Positions 1 to 8,412 of a DNA stretch of 32,000 bases are shown here, piece after piece; position 1 is the first letter of the stretch; each line of letters opens with the position of its first letter. The notes beneath the pieces are model-generated. The model searched no databases, had not been told where the DNA came from, and saw nothing but the letters and a program-made list of their open reading frames with translations. Source of the stretch: Deltaproteobacteria bacterium (GTDB lineage: Bacteria > Desulfobacterota > DSM-4660 > Desulfatiglandales > HGW-15). The position numbers and the translations under genes are program-made. The stretch lies in contig JAFDHO010000015.1 in the NCBI GenBank assembly GCA_019308745.1, positions 1 to 32,000 on the forward strand, read 5' to 3'.

Positions 1-282
1 CACTTTTTCTTAATCCTTATATCGGAATTCCAGTCCCTCCCTCGCGTTCCTTGACCCTCCCAGCAAATCGGGGTATCATACCGAGAAACCAGCATATCCA
101 GCAGTGTACGGTTAGCACATTGAAATAACGGCGTATAGGGCGGTACCTTACGGTCGTTGTTATTGGACCGTATCTTGGCAAGACCGGCAAACAATCCATC
201 GGCCTCTATTTGGAAAATCCTGACCCGACATCAATGGTATCGTAAATGAATCAAAGCAAGGCGCCTCGCAGGTGACAATCCC

Positions 283-1101
283 ATGGCCAGGGCACCCTTC
301 CTATCGATTCCTCACAGGAGCTTAGAGGCCAGAGCTGTGAGAAGGGGTCTGAAAATCACGGTTATCTTGACCCTTTTCATCTCCCTGCACTGCTTTGTGA
401 CCCAGGGAAGAGCGCCCGATCATGCATGGGCAAGGGAGGGGGAGGAGGAGAATTTTAGGCGCCTCAGGGAGGCCATGGTTAGGGAGCAGATCGCAGCCCC
501 CCCTGGTTATAGAGAACCGGTCAAAGATGCTCCCGTGCTGGAGGCAATGAGATCGGTCCCGAGACACCTCTTTGTGAAACCCCAAGATGTCTCTCGTGCC
601 TACGGCGATTTCCCGCTTCCTATAGGTTACGGTCAGACCATATCTCAGCCTTACATCGTTGCCTTCATGACGGCCTTGCTCGACCTGAGGCCGGAGCATG
701 TGGCACTCGAGGTGGGTACAGGGTCAGGATACCAGGCGGCGATCCTTTCGCTCCTGGTAAGAGGGGTTTACACGGTTGAGATCATAGGGGCCCTTGCGGA
801 GCAGGCAAGGGAAAGGCTGAAACGTCTCGGGTACCTCAACGTCCAGGTTAGGAACGGCGACGGGTACTTCGGGTGGAAGGAACATGCCCCTTTTGATCGA
901 ATCATTGTCACGGCTGCTGCCACCCTGGTTCCGCCTCCCCTGATAAGACAGCTCAGGCCCGGCGGGAGGATGGTCATCCCCGTGGGTGGACAGTACACGG
1001 TGCAATACCTTACCCTGGTTGAAAAGGATCCCGTGTCAGATGTCAGGATGAAAAAACTCCTTCCGGTCAGATTCGTTCCTCTCACCAGATCATTAAGGTA
1101 A
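283..1101 (+). CDS. pcm: protein-L-isoaspartate O-methyltransferase with an N-terminal signal/anchor-like extension
   Basis: 272-aa ORF. The core matches PIMT: GQTISQPYIVAFM, SAM motif LEVGTGSGYQAAILS, DRIIVTAAA, GGRMVIPVG. About 60 extra N-terminal residues include the hydrophobic run ITVILTLFISLHCFV. An alternative GTG start at 337 is preceded by AGAGG. Confidence 0.9.
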   Translation: MARAPFLSIPHRSLEARAVRRGLKITVILTLFISLHCFVTQGRAPDHAWAREGEEENFRRLREAMVREQIAAPPGYREPVKDAPVLEAMRSVPRHLFVKPQDVSRAYGDFPLPIGYGQTISQPYIVAFMTALLDLRPEHVALEVGTGSGYQAAILSLLVRGVYTVEIIGALAEQARERLKRLGYLNVQVRNGDGYFGWKEHAPFDRIIVTAAATLVPPPLIRQLRPGGRMVIPVGGQYTVQYLTLVEKDPVSDVRMKKLLPVRFVPLTRSLR

Positions 1102-1126
1102 TACTTTCCAGAGGGGGTAGCCCTGT

Positions 1127-1448
1127 GACAGGCTGTTGCCCAAAGCACAAAATGATGGTGGTTAGCCCCTTGGGAGGTCTTTTCAGAAGGCTCAATCAAA
1201 TTCCTCCCAAACGTTGGCAACGGCACCAAACATCTAATAGGAGACCTCAATAGCCCCAAGAGATCATCTCCACCGGAGTCTCCGTCTTTTGTGCCTGTTA
1301 GGAGACGATTATGAGGGTTATGGGGGCGTAAGAAAGGATCAGGACGGATATTGAGAGCCTTTTGAAAAGACCTCCCAAGGGGCACAATAGTTCCTTGATA
1401 GTCCCTATTCGGGGGTAAAGCAAACAATGGAATTTGGGCAACAGCCTG
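1127..1448. repeat. intergenic element made of two nested inverted repeats
   Basis: Outer arms: 1127-1144 GACAGGCTGTTGCCCAAA pairs with 1433-1448 TTTGGGCAACAGCCTG (16 bp). Inner arms: 1166-1193 CCCCTTGGGAGGTCTTTTCAGAAGGCTC pairs with 1355-1382 (27 of 28 bp). No credible ORF lies inside. Confidence 0.65.
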
Positions 1449-3971
1449 GTGAGAGACGACACCTTTTTTGGGGACAAGTGGATGAAAGACCATAATCGTG
1501 ATAGGGTCGCCTCCCGCCACCTCATGCCACTCATCTTTTCTACGTCCGCATCTGTGCTTGCCTATGAAATCCTGTTGATGCGAATGCTGTCCCTTGAACA
1601 GTGGCAGCATCTCGTCTATTTGGTCATAAGCATGGCGCTTCTGGGATTTGGTGCCTCAGGGGCCCTTCTCTTCATTTTCTTCGGAAGGATCAAGAGGCAC
1701 CTTGAAGAATGGTTGGTCTTCCTTGCGGGCGCTGCTTCTGTGTCCTTCCCCCTTGCTCTCGGTATATCCCACAAAATAGGGCTCGATCCCCTGCAGCTGG
1801 TCTGGCAGGCCAACCAATGGATAGCCATGTTCCTTGTGTATGTAGTCGTGTCAGTGCCCTTCCTTCTTGCCGGCGGGATCATCGGCATTATCCTCACGGC
1901 ATCCAGGAGAGAACTCCATAAGATGTATGCCTTTGACCTGCTGGGAGCAGGGCTGGGCGTGGTGACAATCGTTCCGGTCCTGTACCTGGTGCCTCCGTGG
2001 CGCCTCTTGCCTGCGGTCGGTTTCCTTCTCCTGGCAGGAGCTTATCCCTGTTGCCGAAAGATGGGACGGAGGTTCAAGGGACCCGCAGTACTCCTGATTT
2101 CAACCGCCGCCCTGGCCCTGTTGAGCTTCATGGGGATACCCCGGCCCCAAATCCATCACACCAAGGCCCTCCCCATGACCCTCGCCCTGCCAGACGCCCG
2201 CATTGAAGCTCGCCTTCAGGGACCCCTTGGGGTCATCCACGTGGTTGGGAGCTCCATGATAAGGATCGCGCCTGGAATGAGCCTCAAATTCGGCCAGGAA
2301 GGGACAGACGAAGGTCTCCAACTCCCCGAACAAAAGGGCATCTTCTTGGATGGAGACATCCTGGGGCCCGTTACCCGGTTTTCGGGGGACCCGAAGGGAT
2401 TGGCATTCCTGGATTATACAACCATGGCATTCCCATATCACGTGCGTAGACCGGAAACGGCCCTGATAGTGGGATCGGGCGGGGGTACGGATGTCCTCCT
2501 CTCCCTGAGAAATGAGGTGGCAGAAATAGTGGCCCTGGAAACAAATTACCAGGTTGCCTCGGTTTCGACCCGACTGTTTCCCGAATTCACGGGTCATATC
2601 TTCGAAAGTCCGGGAATCCATCTTGTCATCCGCGATGCTCGCCAGTATCTGCAGTCAACGGATTCCCTCTTTGACCTGATCAATCTCTCCATGGTGGACT
2701 CTCCGGCTTCCGCCGCTGGGGGCCTTCATTCCACGAGCGAGAACTATCTCCACACGGTAGAGGCGTTTGAAGGGTATCTTTCCCATCTGACGGAGAACGG
2801 AATACTGTCTGTCACGAGATGGCTCAAATATCCCCCGAGGGACTCCCTGAGGGTACTGGCAACGGCCATATCCGCCCTGAGGCGGAAGGCGATCACGGAG
2901 AACCCGTCGAGACATATCGTTTTCATCAGGAGCTGGAAGACGACCACTATCCTGGTATCAAAATCGCCTTTCACGGAGGAGGAGATTTCGAGGGCCAAGG
3001 GGTTTTGCGAGGATCGAAACTTCGATATGGCCTACTACCACGGCATGGAAAAAGGGTCTGCCAATAAGTACGACCTTCTGGAACACCCCTATTTCTTTGA
3101 GGGGGCGACAGCCCTTTTGGGCCGGGAAGCAGAGGCGTTCACGGAGAGATACCTCTTTGACATAGGGGCGACTACTGACGATCGGCCCTATTTCTCCCAC
3201 TTTTTCAGATGGAAGAAGTTCCCTGAGCTTTATAGACAGCTCAAGAGGGAACTGGTACCCATGTTGGAGATGGGCTATTTTTTTGTGCTTGCAACCCTGG
3301 CCCAGGCAATTCTGGCAAGCGCCATCCTCATCCTCGTGCCCCTGTTCTTCCTCCAAAGGTTTCGCTCCACGGGGGAAGCGCGCAGTACCCCCGGGACAGG
3401 GGAGGTTGCCGGGACCCTGGCGTACTTTTTGTCGATCGGTGTGGCTTTCATGTTGCTGGAGATGGTCCTTTTGGCAAGGTATACCCTTCTCTTGTCGCAC
3501 CCTGTCTATTCAGCAGCAGTCGTTCTCGGGACCATTCTGGTCTTCGCAGGATTGGGGAGCAGTTGCGTCCGAAAATTCCAGGGGAGGGGCAGCCGTCAGC
3601 TCTGGGTCTCCGTGGGTGTCATCTTTGTTTGGGTGGTCTTTCAGGTCACACTGGGGGATTCTCTCGTCAGAGAAGCTATGAAGGGGCACTTTTTGGAAAG
3701 AGTGCTCGTGACGGTTTCTGTCCTCGCTGTCCCCTCCTTCTTTTTGGGCTGGCCCTTCCCATCAGGTCTCAGGGTCACGGCAGACCGGTTTCCCGGTCTT
3801 GTCCCCTGGGCGTGGGGCGTCAACGGGTGTGCCTCTGTCGTGGGGGCAGTATTGGGTAAGGGGTTGGCGGTAAGCGTGGGGTTTTCCACGGTGATGTTGG
3901 TTGCCTGCGCGCTTTATTTTGTTGCCCTTTTCTGTTATAGGATCTGGCTCAGCAAGGGGAATTCATTCTAA
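1434..3971 (+). CDS. polytopic membrane protein with a central spermidine-synthase-like (class I methyltransferase fold) domain
   Basis: 845-aa ORF. Many hydrophobic segments at both ends flank a soluble core with ALIVGSGGGTDVLLSL ... FDLINLSMVDS ... ENGILSV. The track start at 1434 is a TTG lying inside the inverted repeat; ATG at 1482 or 1524 (MPLIFSTSASVLAYEILLMRML) is more plausible. Confidence 0.75.
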   Translation: MGNSLVRDDTFFGDKWMKDHNRDRVASRHLMPLIFSTSASVLAYEILLMRMLSLEQWQHLVYLVISMALLGFGASGALLFIFFGRIKRHLEEWLVFLAGAASVSFPLALGISHKIGLDPLQLVWQANQWIAMFLVYVVVSVPFLLAGGIIGIILTASRRELHKMYAFDLLGAGLGVVTIVPVLYLVPPWRLLPAVGFLLLAGAYPCCRKMGRRFKGPAVLLISTAALALLSFMGIPRPQIHHTKALPMTLALPDARIEARLQGPLGVIHVVGSSMIRIAPGMSLKFGQEGTDEGLQLPEQKGIFLDGDILGPVTRFSGDPKGLAFLDYTTMAFPYHVRRPETALIVGSGGGTDVLLSLRNEVAEIVALETNYQVASVSTRLFPEFTGHIFESPGIHLVIRDARQYLQSTDSLFDLINLSMVDSPASAAGGLHSTSENYLHTVEAFEGYLSHLTENGILSVTRWLKYPPRDSLRVLATAISALRRKAITENPSRHIVFIRSWKTTTILVSKSPFTEEEISRAKGFCEDRNFDMAYYHGMEKGSANKYDLLEHPYFFEGATALLGREAEAFTERYLFDIGATTDDRPYFSHFFRWKKFPELYRQLKRELVPMLEMGYFFVLATLAQAILASAILILVPLFFLQRFRSTGEARSTPGTGEVAGTLAYFLSIGVAFMLLEMVLLARYTLLLSHPVYSAAVVLGTILVFAGLGSSCVRKFQGRGSRQLWVSVGVIFVWVVFQVTLGDSLVREAMKGHFLERVLVTVSVLAVPSFFLGWPFPSGLRVTADRFPGLVPWAWGVNGCASVVGAVLGKGLAVSVGFSTVMLVACALYFVALFCYRIWLSKGNSF

Positions 3972-4222
3972 CAGGAGAAACCCGGCCCTCTGGACCAAGC
4001 TAGAAACAATTTGCTCTGCCGCAAGAAGCAGGCCCAATCCGGTCTTGTCCATTTTTTCAAGACCATATCTATTTCGTCTAGAGGTGGCAACCCAATATTT
4101 GGGGTTTGGGGAATTTGGAGTAGATTCCTAGGGGTTCATGGGCGTAAACGCCAAATATTGGGTTGCGGCAATGTGCGGTGGGATATTTTTTGAGATATAG
4201 TCTTGAAAAAACGGGCAAGACC
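3956..4222 (+). repeat. structured non-coding repeat, copy A (multi-hairpin; possible sRNA or MITE-like element)
   Basis: The 175-nt core 4010-4184 aligns without gaps to 29048-29222, with 11 substitutions by manual alignment. The 5' module 3956-3992 aligns to 28969-29008. It contains a perfect 16-bp stem (4087-4102 with 4151-4166) and a 30-nt outer stem (4041-4070 with 4193-4222, 28 of 30 paired). Confidence 0.8.
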
Positions 4223-4319
4223 TCCTTGGGTGCTGGTTAATGGAAGGAGACCCCCTCTGGGGTCAACCGAAGGCGGGTCCTCTGGGCCCGGATATCTACA
4301 CAATTGATGGGCAAGAGAG

Positions 4320-5036
4320 ATGTTTGACAGAAACCAACCCGAGCCGGAGAGGAAGGGCCCCGGGGCGCCCTTTTCCCGGAGGTTTGTCCTTCTGGTGGCC
4401 CTCTTTGTGACCTGCCTCATTACCTCCAATATTACCGCGGTAAAAGTGATCCGCATCTGGGGCGTTGTCCTCCCGGCAGCCATCTTCATATTCCCCTTCA
4501 GCTATATCCTCGGGGATGTCTTGACGGAGGTCTACGGGTACCGGATAGCAAGACAGGTGATCTGGCTTGGTTTCTTGTGTAACCTCATTGCGGTCCTTGG
4601 CATCTGGATCGGACAGATAGTGCCTCCAGCCCCATTCTGGGATGGGCAAGCAGCCTATGAGCGCATTCTGGGTTATACCCCGAGAATCCTGGCCGCCTCC
4701 TTTCTGGCCTATCTCATGGGAGAGTTTGCCAATGCCTATGTGCTGGCGAAGATGAAGGTCGCGACAAAGGGGAGGTGGCTCTGGAGCCGAACCATCGGCT
4801 CCACCCTGGTGGGACAGGGTCTCGATTCGGCCCTATTCATAGGCATAGCCTTTTGGGGGGAGATGCCGCAACGAGCCCTCCTCCTGGCAATTGTCGCCCA
4901 ATGGCTCTCAAAATCCGTTTATGAGGCCGCCGCGACCCCGCTGACCTACGCCATAGTCAATTATCTCAAGAGAAGAGATGGTGTGGATGTTTTCGACTAC
5001 GAGACCCATTTCCACCCATTGCGTTTCTTGGAGTGA
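4320..5036 (+). CDS. yhhQ: queuosine precursor transporter (YhhQ/DUF165 family)
   Basis: 238-aa polytopic ORF with the family-typical run LITSNITAVKV ... FPFSYILGDVLTEVYGY ... ARQVIWLGF. Confidence 0.85.
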   Translation: MFDRNQPEPERKGPGAPFSRRFVLLVALFVTCLITSNITAVKVIRIWGVVLPAAIFIFPFSYILGDVLTEVYGYRIARQVIWLGFLCNLIAVLGIWIGQIVPPAPFWDGQAAYERILGYTPRILAASFLAYLMGEFANAYVLAKMKVATKGRWLWSRTIGSTLVGQGLDSALFIGIAFWGEMPQRALLLAIVAQWLSKSVYEAAATPLTYAIVNYLKRRDGVDVFDYETHFHPLRFLE

Positions 5037-5075
5037 TTGTTTCAGAAGAGGCAACGATCTCAAAACCCCGAGGGC

Positions 5076-5834
5076 CTACGGTCTGGAAGGGATGCGAAGT
5101 CTCAGGATTTCATCGCAGAGGGCGTCGTACTCGTAGGCACCCCTGGAGCTCGGAGCAAATTCCGAGATGGGCTTCCCGGCAAGATTTGCCTGATTGAGGG
5201 ATTCGCTCTTGGAAATAATTGTCTTCAGCAGACGACGTCTGTATTCCTCAAGCAGCTCTTCGAAAATGACGTTTGTCCGAGATGTCCTGACATCAAACAT
5301 AGTGATGAGGATGCGATAGGGAATGTTCTCCTCGTCCCTCAATTCCGTAGCGGTTTCAAGGAGAGGGTCAATCCCGGCCACGGCGCCGGCACCCGGTTGA
5401 ACAGGTATGATCAGGAGGTCGCCGGCGATAACGGCGTTGTAAGTCAAAATGTTCAGGGAAGGGGGGCAATCGAGGATTATTTCCCTGTATTCATCCCTGA
5501 CAGCTTCCAGGGCGCGCATCAAACGTTCTTCCCTCCTGATGCGACTGGAAAGCAGCTCCGCAGTCTCGGTCAGCTTGGCAGTGGAAGGAACAATGTCGAG
5601 GTTTTCCCTGGCGGTAGGAATGATGGACTTGAGGGCCTGGGATGGTTTGTCCATGATAAAGTCTCCCACATCCCGGTCCGGTCTATTCTCCATGAAACAT
5701 TGAGTCGCATGGGCTTGCGGGTCTAAGTCAACGAGGAGAGTCTTCCTGTTCCTTTGGGCGAATCCGCAGGCCAGGTTTGTTGCCGTCGTGGTCTTCCCTA
5801 CCCCCCCCTTCGTGTTCGTAATGGCGTAAATCAT
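5076..5834 (-). CDS. ParA/Soj-family P-loop ATPase (orphan; no parB nearby)
   Basis: 252 aa. Deviant Walker A in MIYAITNTKGGVGKTTTATNLA, then LLVDLDPQAHAT and Walker B-like ILDCPPS. Confidence 0.9.
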   Translation of the reverse strand: MIYAITNTKGGVGKTTTATNLACGFAQRNRKTLLVDLDPQAHATQCFMENRPDRDVGDFIMDKPSQALKSIIPTARENLDIVPSTAKLTETAELLSSRIRREERLMRALEAVRDEYREIILDCPPSLNILTYNAVIAGDLLIIPVQPGAGAVAGIDPLLETATELRDEENIPYRILITMFDVRTSRTNVIFEELLEEYRRRLLKTIISKSESLNQANLAGKPISEFAPSSRGAYEYDALCDEILRLRIPSRP

Positions 5835-5897
5835 ATCTCCCCCCCTTGTTCAAGGCTCGGACACACGTTGCGGCGGGACTTCTGCGCTCAAAATTTT

Positions 5898-5926
5898 ACT
5901 ATATCTGCCAAGAAAGCTCCTGTCAA
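5898..5926 (-). promoter_or_regulatory. sigma70-type promoter candidate for the parA-like gene
   Basis: On the minus strand: TTGACA (5926-5921), 17-nt spacer, TATAGT (5903-5898). It sits about 60 nt upstream of the start codon, which has a GGGGGGAG ribosome-binding site. Confidence 0.45.
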
Positions 5927-5977
5927 TATCTCTTAAAGGGCAGGAAAATGCCTGGGGGAAGGCAGCCCAGCAAGGAA

Positions 5978-7093
5978 TCATAGGAGGCCCAAGAGAAATT
6001 GGGCGATCTGGTCCGAGCCGTTGGGACCCGGACGATTCAAAGGGGGATAGGAGATGAGATCTTCGAGACGGGATAACCAGAGACCCTCGAAGAATGCCTC
6101 TTCCCCTATGGGAATGCCATTGATCTCTTCCCGAATAAAGGAGACCAGTGCCCTGGATTCCGGAAAATCTTGCCTCGGGATATACCCAAAGGCTACACCA
6201 GCGTGATAGACTTCTGCCAAGGTGCTGTACCCCACCTTTCCAATAACGACATGAGAGGCGTTAACCAGGTCGGGGTGATAGAGATTGGACCGGTAAGGCA
6301 GAACGATAATCTTACCGTCGAATTCTTCGGCCCTGTTTCCTCCTTGAATAAGGAAGTAGACCCCAGGGAAACCCTTCAAGTGGTCCAGGAAGGGGATCCG
6401 GGCGGGAACGCCCCCCAGGGTAATCATCACCAAAGGGGCTTCCTGGGGTATATTCAACTCATTTCTCACCTCCGCTGACCCTGTCCTTACCCTTCGGCTG
6501 ACCGGGCGAGTGGTGAGGTCAGCGCCCTTCGGAACACAGAAGGGTCCTGTTTGGATGAGGTAATCAACTGATGAAAAGATTTCCTCCAGGTACTCCGCGT
6601 GCTTCCCAAATGCTTCGAAGGTATGCATATAGGAACGATATATCCAGTCCCAAGTGAAGTTCTCTACGAGCAGGGAGGGGATCCCCGCCTCCTTGGCCAC
6701 CAGAATCCCCACGGGCGAAATATCGCACATAACCAACCGGCAGTCTCGGGCCCTGAGAATTCTTGCGGTCAGGGAGATCTTGGCGGGGTCAGGGGGATAG
6801 AATTCCTCGAGTCGACAGAGGGTTGCATTGAAATCAGTCCTGAGGGGGGACTCCTGAATCAAACCAACGTCCACCTCCATCCGGTGGTACCCGAATTCCC
6901 TTGAGAGGGATTGGGCAAAAAACCACCGGGGCACTTTGGTGAAGATCTCAAATCGGGTCTTCGGATCAAGGCCGTGCATTGCTTCCATCACAGCGGCAGC
7001 CCTTGATGCATGGCCGAGGCCATGATGGGAGACAAAGTAGGCGATGGAATGGTCGGAGGGCGCTGTCATATCCATTGAGTATTTCTTAGACAA
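5978..7093 (-). CDS. GT-B fold glycosyltransferase-like protein (MurG/GT28-like, uncharacterised)
   Basis: 371 aa. N-terminal SHHGLGHASRAAAV and C-terminal IGKVGYSTLAEVYHAGVAFGYIP resemble the two halves of GT-B enzymes. The track start is TTG and overlaps the manA stop by 8 nt; ATG at 7075 is an alternative. Confidence 0.55.
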   Translation of the reverse strand: MSKKYSMDMTAPSDHSIAYFVSHHGLGHASRAAAVMEAMHGLDPKTRFEIFTKVPRWFFAQSLSREFGYHRMEVDVGLIQESPLRTDFNATLCRLEEFYPPDPAKISLTARILRARDCRLVMCDISPVGILVAKEAGIPSLLVENFTWDWIYRSYMHTFEAFGKHAEYLEEIFSSVDYLIQTGPFCVPKGADLTTRPVSRRVRTGSAEVRNELNIPQEAPLVMITLGGVPARIPFLDHLKGFPGVYFLIQGGNRAEEFDGKIIVLPYRSNLYHPDLVNASHVVIGKVGYSTLAEVYHAGVAFGYIPRQDFPESRALVSFIREEINGIPIGEEAFFEGLWLSRLEDLISYPPLNRPGPNGSDQIAQFLLGLL

Positions 7094-8303
7094 GCTCTCG
7101 CAAAAGGGGGGCCGAGGCCTTATAGAGTGTGGCTTTTCCGCTTATGCGGTATTGTGCGACGGATGCCGGGACAATAAATGAGATGCCCCTTGAAATGCCT
7201 ATTTGCTGGCCGGATCCCAAATCCGTTACATTGCCTTTCCCTTCCATACAAATCAGAATCTCCACGCTCCTGTCCTTAGGGCTGGTATAGGAATCCCCTT
7301 CCTCCAGGTGGATGGCCGACAAGAGGAATTCCCTTGTGGGAACGGGATAATACTGTTCTAGGTTACCGAGGCCAGCGGGCCTTATGACATCAACCTGCCT
7401 GTCAGAGAAATCCAGGATTCGCAACAACTCCTCATGGTCTACGTGCTTGGGCGTGAGCCCTCCTCGCAATACGTTGTCGGAGTTGGCCATGAGTTCAATC
7501 CCGGATCCCTTGAGGTAACAGTGGAGGACCCCTGCTTCAATAAACATGGCCTGACCAGGTTCAAGTCTCACCATGTTCAGCATCAGAGGCGAGAGGACGC
7601 CGATGTCGGCAGGGTGCTCCCTGTGGAGCTTCACCACCCATTCAAAGGCCGGGTCACCATGCCTGTTTTCCCGACTGCAGGCAAGCGCCTCTTCTAGGAC
7701 CCTCCTTTGCGCGGCCCCGTCCATGGACATGAGGGTCTTGAAAAAATGCTTGAATCCCTCCGGGCTCTGGTTTCTCCTCAGGGCACGGACAGGGCCTTTC
7801 AAAGAGGGGAGATCCATCCTGGTCATGACGTCAACCACCTGACCGAGAGGCCGAAATCCCTTCATGGCCCAGAAGGGCTCTAAGGCGCAAATGATTTCTG
7901 GTTTGTGGTTGGGGTCGCGGTAGTTCCGTCTTGGGTCATGGATTGGGATCGTGAGTCGGTTTTCCCTTTTGAAGCCCTCAAGGGCCTGGGCCCTGTTGGG
8001 GTGGGCTTGAATGGAAAGGGGTTTGGAAGCTGCCAGGACCTTGAAGAGAAAGGGCAGGGTGGGGGAGGATTCTTTTACGCCCTTCCCGAGTATTTCCGCG
8101 GGAGATTCCAGGATCAACTCAAGCAAAGAGCGTTTCCCCCCGTCCAACAGTACGAAAGAAGGGGCCTTCGGGTGCGCTCCCATCCAGAGTTCTGCCATGG
8201 GCCTTTGTGAAGGGCTCTTTTTGCCCAGGAGCCCCTGAATAAATGTCCTGGATCCCCAGGCGTACTCTTGTACCGGATTTTCCAACAGGGCTATTCTTTT
8301 CAT
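7086..8303 (-). CDS. manA: mannose-6-phosphate isomerase, class I
   Basis: 405 aa with YAWGS, ELWMGAHP, LSIQAHPN and PGQAMFIEAGVLHCYLKGSGIELMANSDNVLRGGLTPKHVD, closely paralleling E. coli ManA motifs. Confidence 0.9.
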   Translation of the reverse strand: MKRIALLENPVQEYAWGSRTFIQGLLGKKSPSQRPMAELWMGAHPKAPSFVLLDGGKRSLLELILESPAEILGKGVKESSPTLPFLFKVLAASKPLSIQAHPNRAQALEGFKRENRLTIPIHDPRRNYRDPNHKPEIICALEPFWAMKGFRPLGQVVDVMTRMDLPSLKGPVRALRRNQSPEGFKHFFKTLMSMDGAAQRRVLEEALACSRENRHGDPAFEWVVKLHREHPADIGVLSPLMLNMVRLEPGQAMFIEAGVLHCYLKGSGIELMANSDNVLRGGLTPKHVDHEELLRILDFSDRQVDVIRPAGLGNLEQYYPVPTREFLLSAIHLEEGDSYTSPKDRSVEILICMEGKGNVTDLGSGQQIGISRGISFIVPASVAQYRISGKATLYKASAPLLRELV

Positions 8304-8383
8304 TGGTCGGAAACCGCGTTTCTACAGGAGGATCACGGCTTCATAGGCCTTGTCACATGATAGTTGACTAATCAAGTAAAATT

Positions 8384-8412
8384 TGACATTATATTGTTTA
8401 TTTAGATTAATT
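8384..8412 (+). promoter_or_regulatory. sigma70-type promoter candidate in the AT-rich divergent region
   Basis: TTGACA (8384-8389), 17-nt spacer, ATTAAT (8407-8412), inside a conspicuously AT-rich block (~8355-8445). It would give a ~270-nt leader for the cNMP/PilZ gene. Confidence 0.3.

Noticed and set aside
1-282. A gene fragment at the left edge, including the 60-aa minus ORF 17-199 and a plus frame open from position 3 to ~125.
   Set aside because: There are no recognisable motifs, it is too short to judge, and it may be the tail of an upstream gene. It is left unannotated.
768-1610. Long antisense or shadow ORFs in the track, e.g. 768-1610(-), 5037-5726(+), 9543-10196(+), 11487-12080(-), 12192-13058(-), 16283-16990(+) and 20589-21212(+).
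   Set aside because: Each lies opposite a gene with strong family motifs. Their translations are low-complexity (R/P/G/S-rich) with no recognisable motifs. They are typical shadow ORFs of moderately GC-rich coding DNA.
3901-4193. Small ORFs running through repeat copies A and B (3901-4131, 4011-4193, 28807-29169, 28944-29147) as a conserved small protein.
   Set aside because: Between the two copies every nucleotide difference is non-synonymous in one frame, and the other frame acquires a stop in copy B. The conservation pattern follows hairpins instead, so I treat the repeat as non-coding.
4223-4319. preQ1 riboswitch upstream of the yhhQ queuosine-precursor transporter.
   Set aside because: yhhQ is a classic preQ1-riboswitch target. 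However, the leader has only a GACCCC-CTCT-GGGGTC hairpin with a 4-nt loop. It lacks the preQ1-I loop sequence and the A-rich tail pairing to the RBS. I could not match the class II/III features I remember either. cmsearch with the Rfam preQ1 models would settle it.
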